A stretch of 64,000 nt of DNA from Eledone cirrhosa. Taxonomy: Eukaryota. Location: positions 345,650,001-345,714,000 of the forward strand of contig OZ024740.1 of the NCBI GenBank assembly GCA_964016885.1. Reading direction: 5' to 3'. This document shows, piece by piece, positions 60,433 to 64,000 of the stretch; the stretch's first letter is position 1; each line of letters begins with the position of its first letter. Below the pieces are notes generated by a model. The model did no database searches. It was given only the letters and a program-made list of their open reading frames with translations, and was not told the origin of the DNA. Both the position numbers and the translations under genes were made by a program.

Positions 60433-60500
60433 GGTTCCATGGTGTAGTAGGTACCACGTCTGCTTAAATTGCAGTTGGCTGCGAATTTAGAACTTTAGTT
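60433..60500 (+). pseudogene. Decayed tRNA-Val-like sequence
   Basis: ggttccatggtgtagtaggtaccacgtctgct resembles the tRNA-Val(TAC) 5' half; T-arm and acceptor stem degenerate. Confidence 0.45.
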
Positions 60501-60735
60501 TAAGTTATACAACGCTCATAATTTTCCGAGGGCCTGCTTTGTCACACAGTTTTATTCTGAATGTCCATGGGAATACCCTTATGGACGCATTTATCTATGG
60601 CATTTTAATCACTTACACAATAGTTTCATATGCAAACAGTTCCATAGATTGAATGGTATACAAACATACATACAAGCACACACACATACACACAAGCACA
60701 CACACAAACACACACACGCACACGCACACACACGT

Positions 60736-60843
<108 letters not shown>

Positions 60844-61045
60844 GTATATTCCTTTAATCTATTTTTCTATTCTTTCACTGGTTACAATCATTAAAGTGGT
60901 GTGTTGCTGAGGCATTTCCATGAGGGTATTTAGTCGATTATGTGAACCGCAATATATAATCCTTCATGTCTTGTACTTATTTTCTCAATCAAAATTTTCA
61001 ATCAAATTGCTTAAATACGAGGCATAAAGAAATCTGGATTGTATA

Positions 61046-61105
<60 letters not shown>

Positions 61106-61745
61106 TGTAGTTGCTGTTTGATTGTTTCTTCACGAACTCCTCCTATGGTTCTGGAGATAGACCCCCATAACCATATATATTCTGAAACTACATTGCCCAG
61201 AGTACTTCCATAAGTATATTTCATTTAAATAAAATGTTTCCCCGGGGCACAAACCTCGTTGAAATATTTTCTCTTCGATTTATATGAAATTTAAACCATA
61301 GGTAAATGACAAGATATGATGCTTATTCACACAATTTCAGCAAATATTAAAACACCCTAAAGGGGGTTAAACCCCTATCAAAATATGTTTCCCTTCGATT
61401 TATATGAAATTTAAACAAAAGGTAAATAACAAGATATGATGTCTATTCACAAAAGTTTTGAATTGATATTTTGAAATAAATTATTTACAAGAAACAAAAT
61501 ATGAATAAGATTTAATAATGTATTTTTCATTTGATATATTACAAAAATAATGTTTTCCAATTTTTCATGCATTACATTTTACATTGAGTAATATTGAAAT
61601 GCAGAGTGTTTCTCCATAAATTATTTCACTGATTTAAAATCAATCATCATTTTCTTACAAAAAAAAAAATGTGTGAAACGCAGCCAGGCGTGGGTTATTC
61701 GGCAATGAGAGGGAGACAGGTAAATATATATATATATATATATAT

Positions 61746-62018
61746 ATAAAGAAAAAGAGATGAAATCGAAAATGCAACTGAAGTCATGTTTTTTTTTAAA
61801 TATATATATTTATTTGGTTCCTTTACCGGTTTCGCAGTTCTTCTGCTTTTCAAAAGGTGAGTTGAGATGGAGGGAAACCGGTAAAGGAACCAAATAAATA
61901 TATATATTTTAAAAAAAAATAAGACTTCAGTTGCATTTTCGATTTCATCTCTTTTTCTTTATACTTTCACTCGTGTAGGACACCTCGGTTATTTTTCATT
62001 TTGTAAAAAAAACCTCAC

Positions 62019-62025
<7 letters not shown>
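61746..62025. mobile_element. Inverted pLTR fold-back (arms 61746-61833 / 61874-61963)
   Basis: Arms are reverse complements; same family as 11766-11895. Confidence 0.75.
61820..61857 (-). ncRNA. Hammerhead ribozyme, U3-A8 core variant
   Basis: CCTT-TTGAAAA-GCAG-aagaa-CTGC-GAAACCGGTA-AAGG: 4-bp stem I, palindromic ACCGGT stem III, GUA triplet. Confidence 0.7.
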
Positions 62026-62068
<43 letters not shown>

Positions 62069-62072
<4 letters not shown>

Positions 62073-62472
62073 TGGCTGCCAACTCGTTTTCGAGTACGGC
62101 CAGTACTTTATATCCATTTAGAAGAACCTCTACGGATGCGCTGAACGAGTGTGACTTTTTAGTCCAGCCAGCGACTTGAAAACTCTTGTACAAACACTAC
62201 ACTTGTGACAATTATTGACACATAGTGCTGGGCCCATGGTACCATGTGACGACAAGTGCAGAGAGATCTCCAGATATAAAGCAATGCCTGTGCCGTGAAG
62301 CTTTTATAGTGAGCAAAGGCACTGCACAAAGCCAGTCCCACTCTCTTAACCCAAGATAATATTTACCAAAAAGAAGAACGATTCAACATCATTGGATACC
62401 ATCAGGGTTGCAGGTGTTATATCAGAGTTTTCCTTCTCCTAGAATTCTTCCTTGACAAAGGCTAAGGGGTCA
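62069..62472 (-). mobile_element. RTE-derived non-autonomous retroelement, copy 3
   Basis: 62207-62130 encodes HKCSVCTRVFKSLAGLKSHTRSAHP* (C2H2 finger). Confidence 0.7.
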
Positions 62473-63363
<891 letters not shown>

Positions 63364-63655
63364 ATAGATTTAGAAACACACAGATACATGCGGACACACA
63401 CATATACATGAATGCATCCGCACCCAAACGTGAGTTAAGGGTGCCAACTTCACCGATGTTGATCAATGAATGACTGGGACAGACCAATCCGGTTGAACCA
63501 GACTGAACCAGTATCAGAGTTAAAAATACATTATGAAGAGAGAAGAAACATTTAGATATAATTAGTAATAAAATGTATCTTACCTAAACTGCTCCCAGAT
63601 TCCCCGACTACGTAGTTTCGTGGCATAAACAAAAACAATACATCATAAAGATATA

Positions 63656-63733
<78 letters not shown>

Positions 63734-63767
63734 AGTATATATATATATATATATATATATACTTATA

Positions 63768-63962
63768 TAATGAAGGAAATGTGGTAAAGAACCAGGTGGA
63801 CCATAAAGCAACAAAGTACTCAATACTTACGGTAGTAGAGTGGGTAATAGGAACGAGTAGGACCCTGACGTCTAAGCTTAAGCCGATTCGACGGTTAATT
63901 CTGGACTGAATTAGCCGTCGAAACGGCTTGAGCTCAGCCGTCGGGGTCCTACTCGTTCCTAT
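63768..63962. mobile_element. Short fold-back element, same family as 56980-57160
   Basis: Inverted arms 63847-63962. Confidence 0.75.
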
Positions 63963-64000
63963 ATACTTATATACATATATACATGAATATATATATACAC

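Overview
AT-rich, microsatellite-saturated eukaryotic DNA with no recognisable host gene exon. From the SINE families and repeat landscape I infer a coleoid cephalopod, probably Octopus; no search was run. Most track ORFs are (TA)n/(CA)n/(TTC)n artefacts. The real content is retroelement debris: at least six Penelope-like elements (RT + GIY-YIG, two apparently Naiad-type), three Tx1/L1-clade LINE copies, RTE and CR1-like fragments, three RTE-derived non-autonomous elements, about a dozen tRNA/Nin-domain SINEs, Helitron remnants and a hAT-like MITE. At least seven minimal hammerhead ribozyme motifs mark Penelope pseudo-LTRs, including a U3-A8 core variant. The standout is 17872-18453, an ungapped 287-bp fold-back. 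By my manual pairing it has about 93 G.U pairs, only 3 true mismatches and 1 A.C pair on the + strand, ADAR-like neighbour bias, and an A-retaining relative 2.4 kb away (15293-15501). The best explanation is an A-to-I hyper-edited dsRNA that was reverse-transcribed back into the genome.
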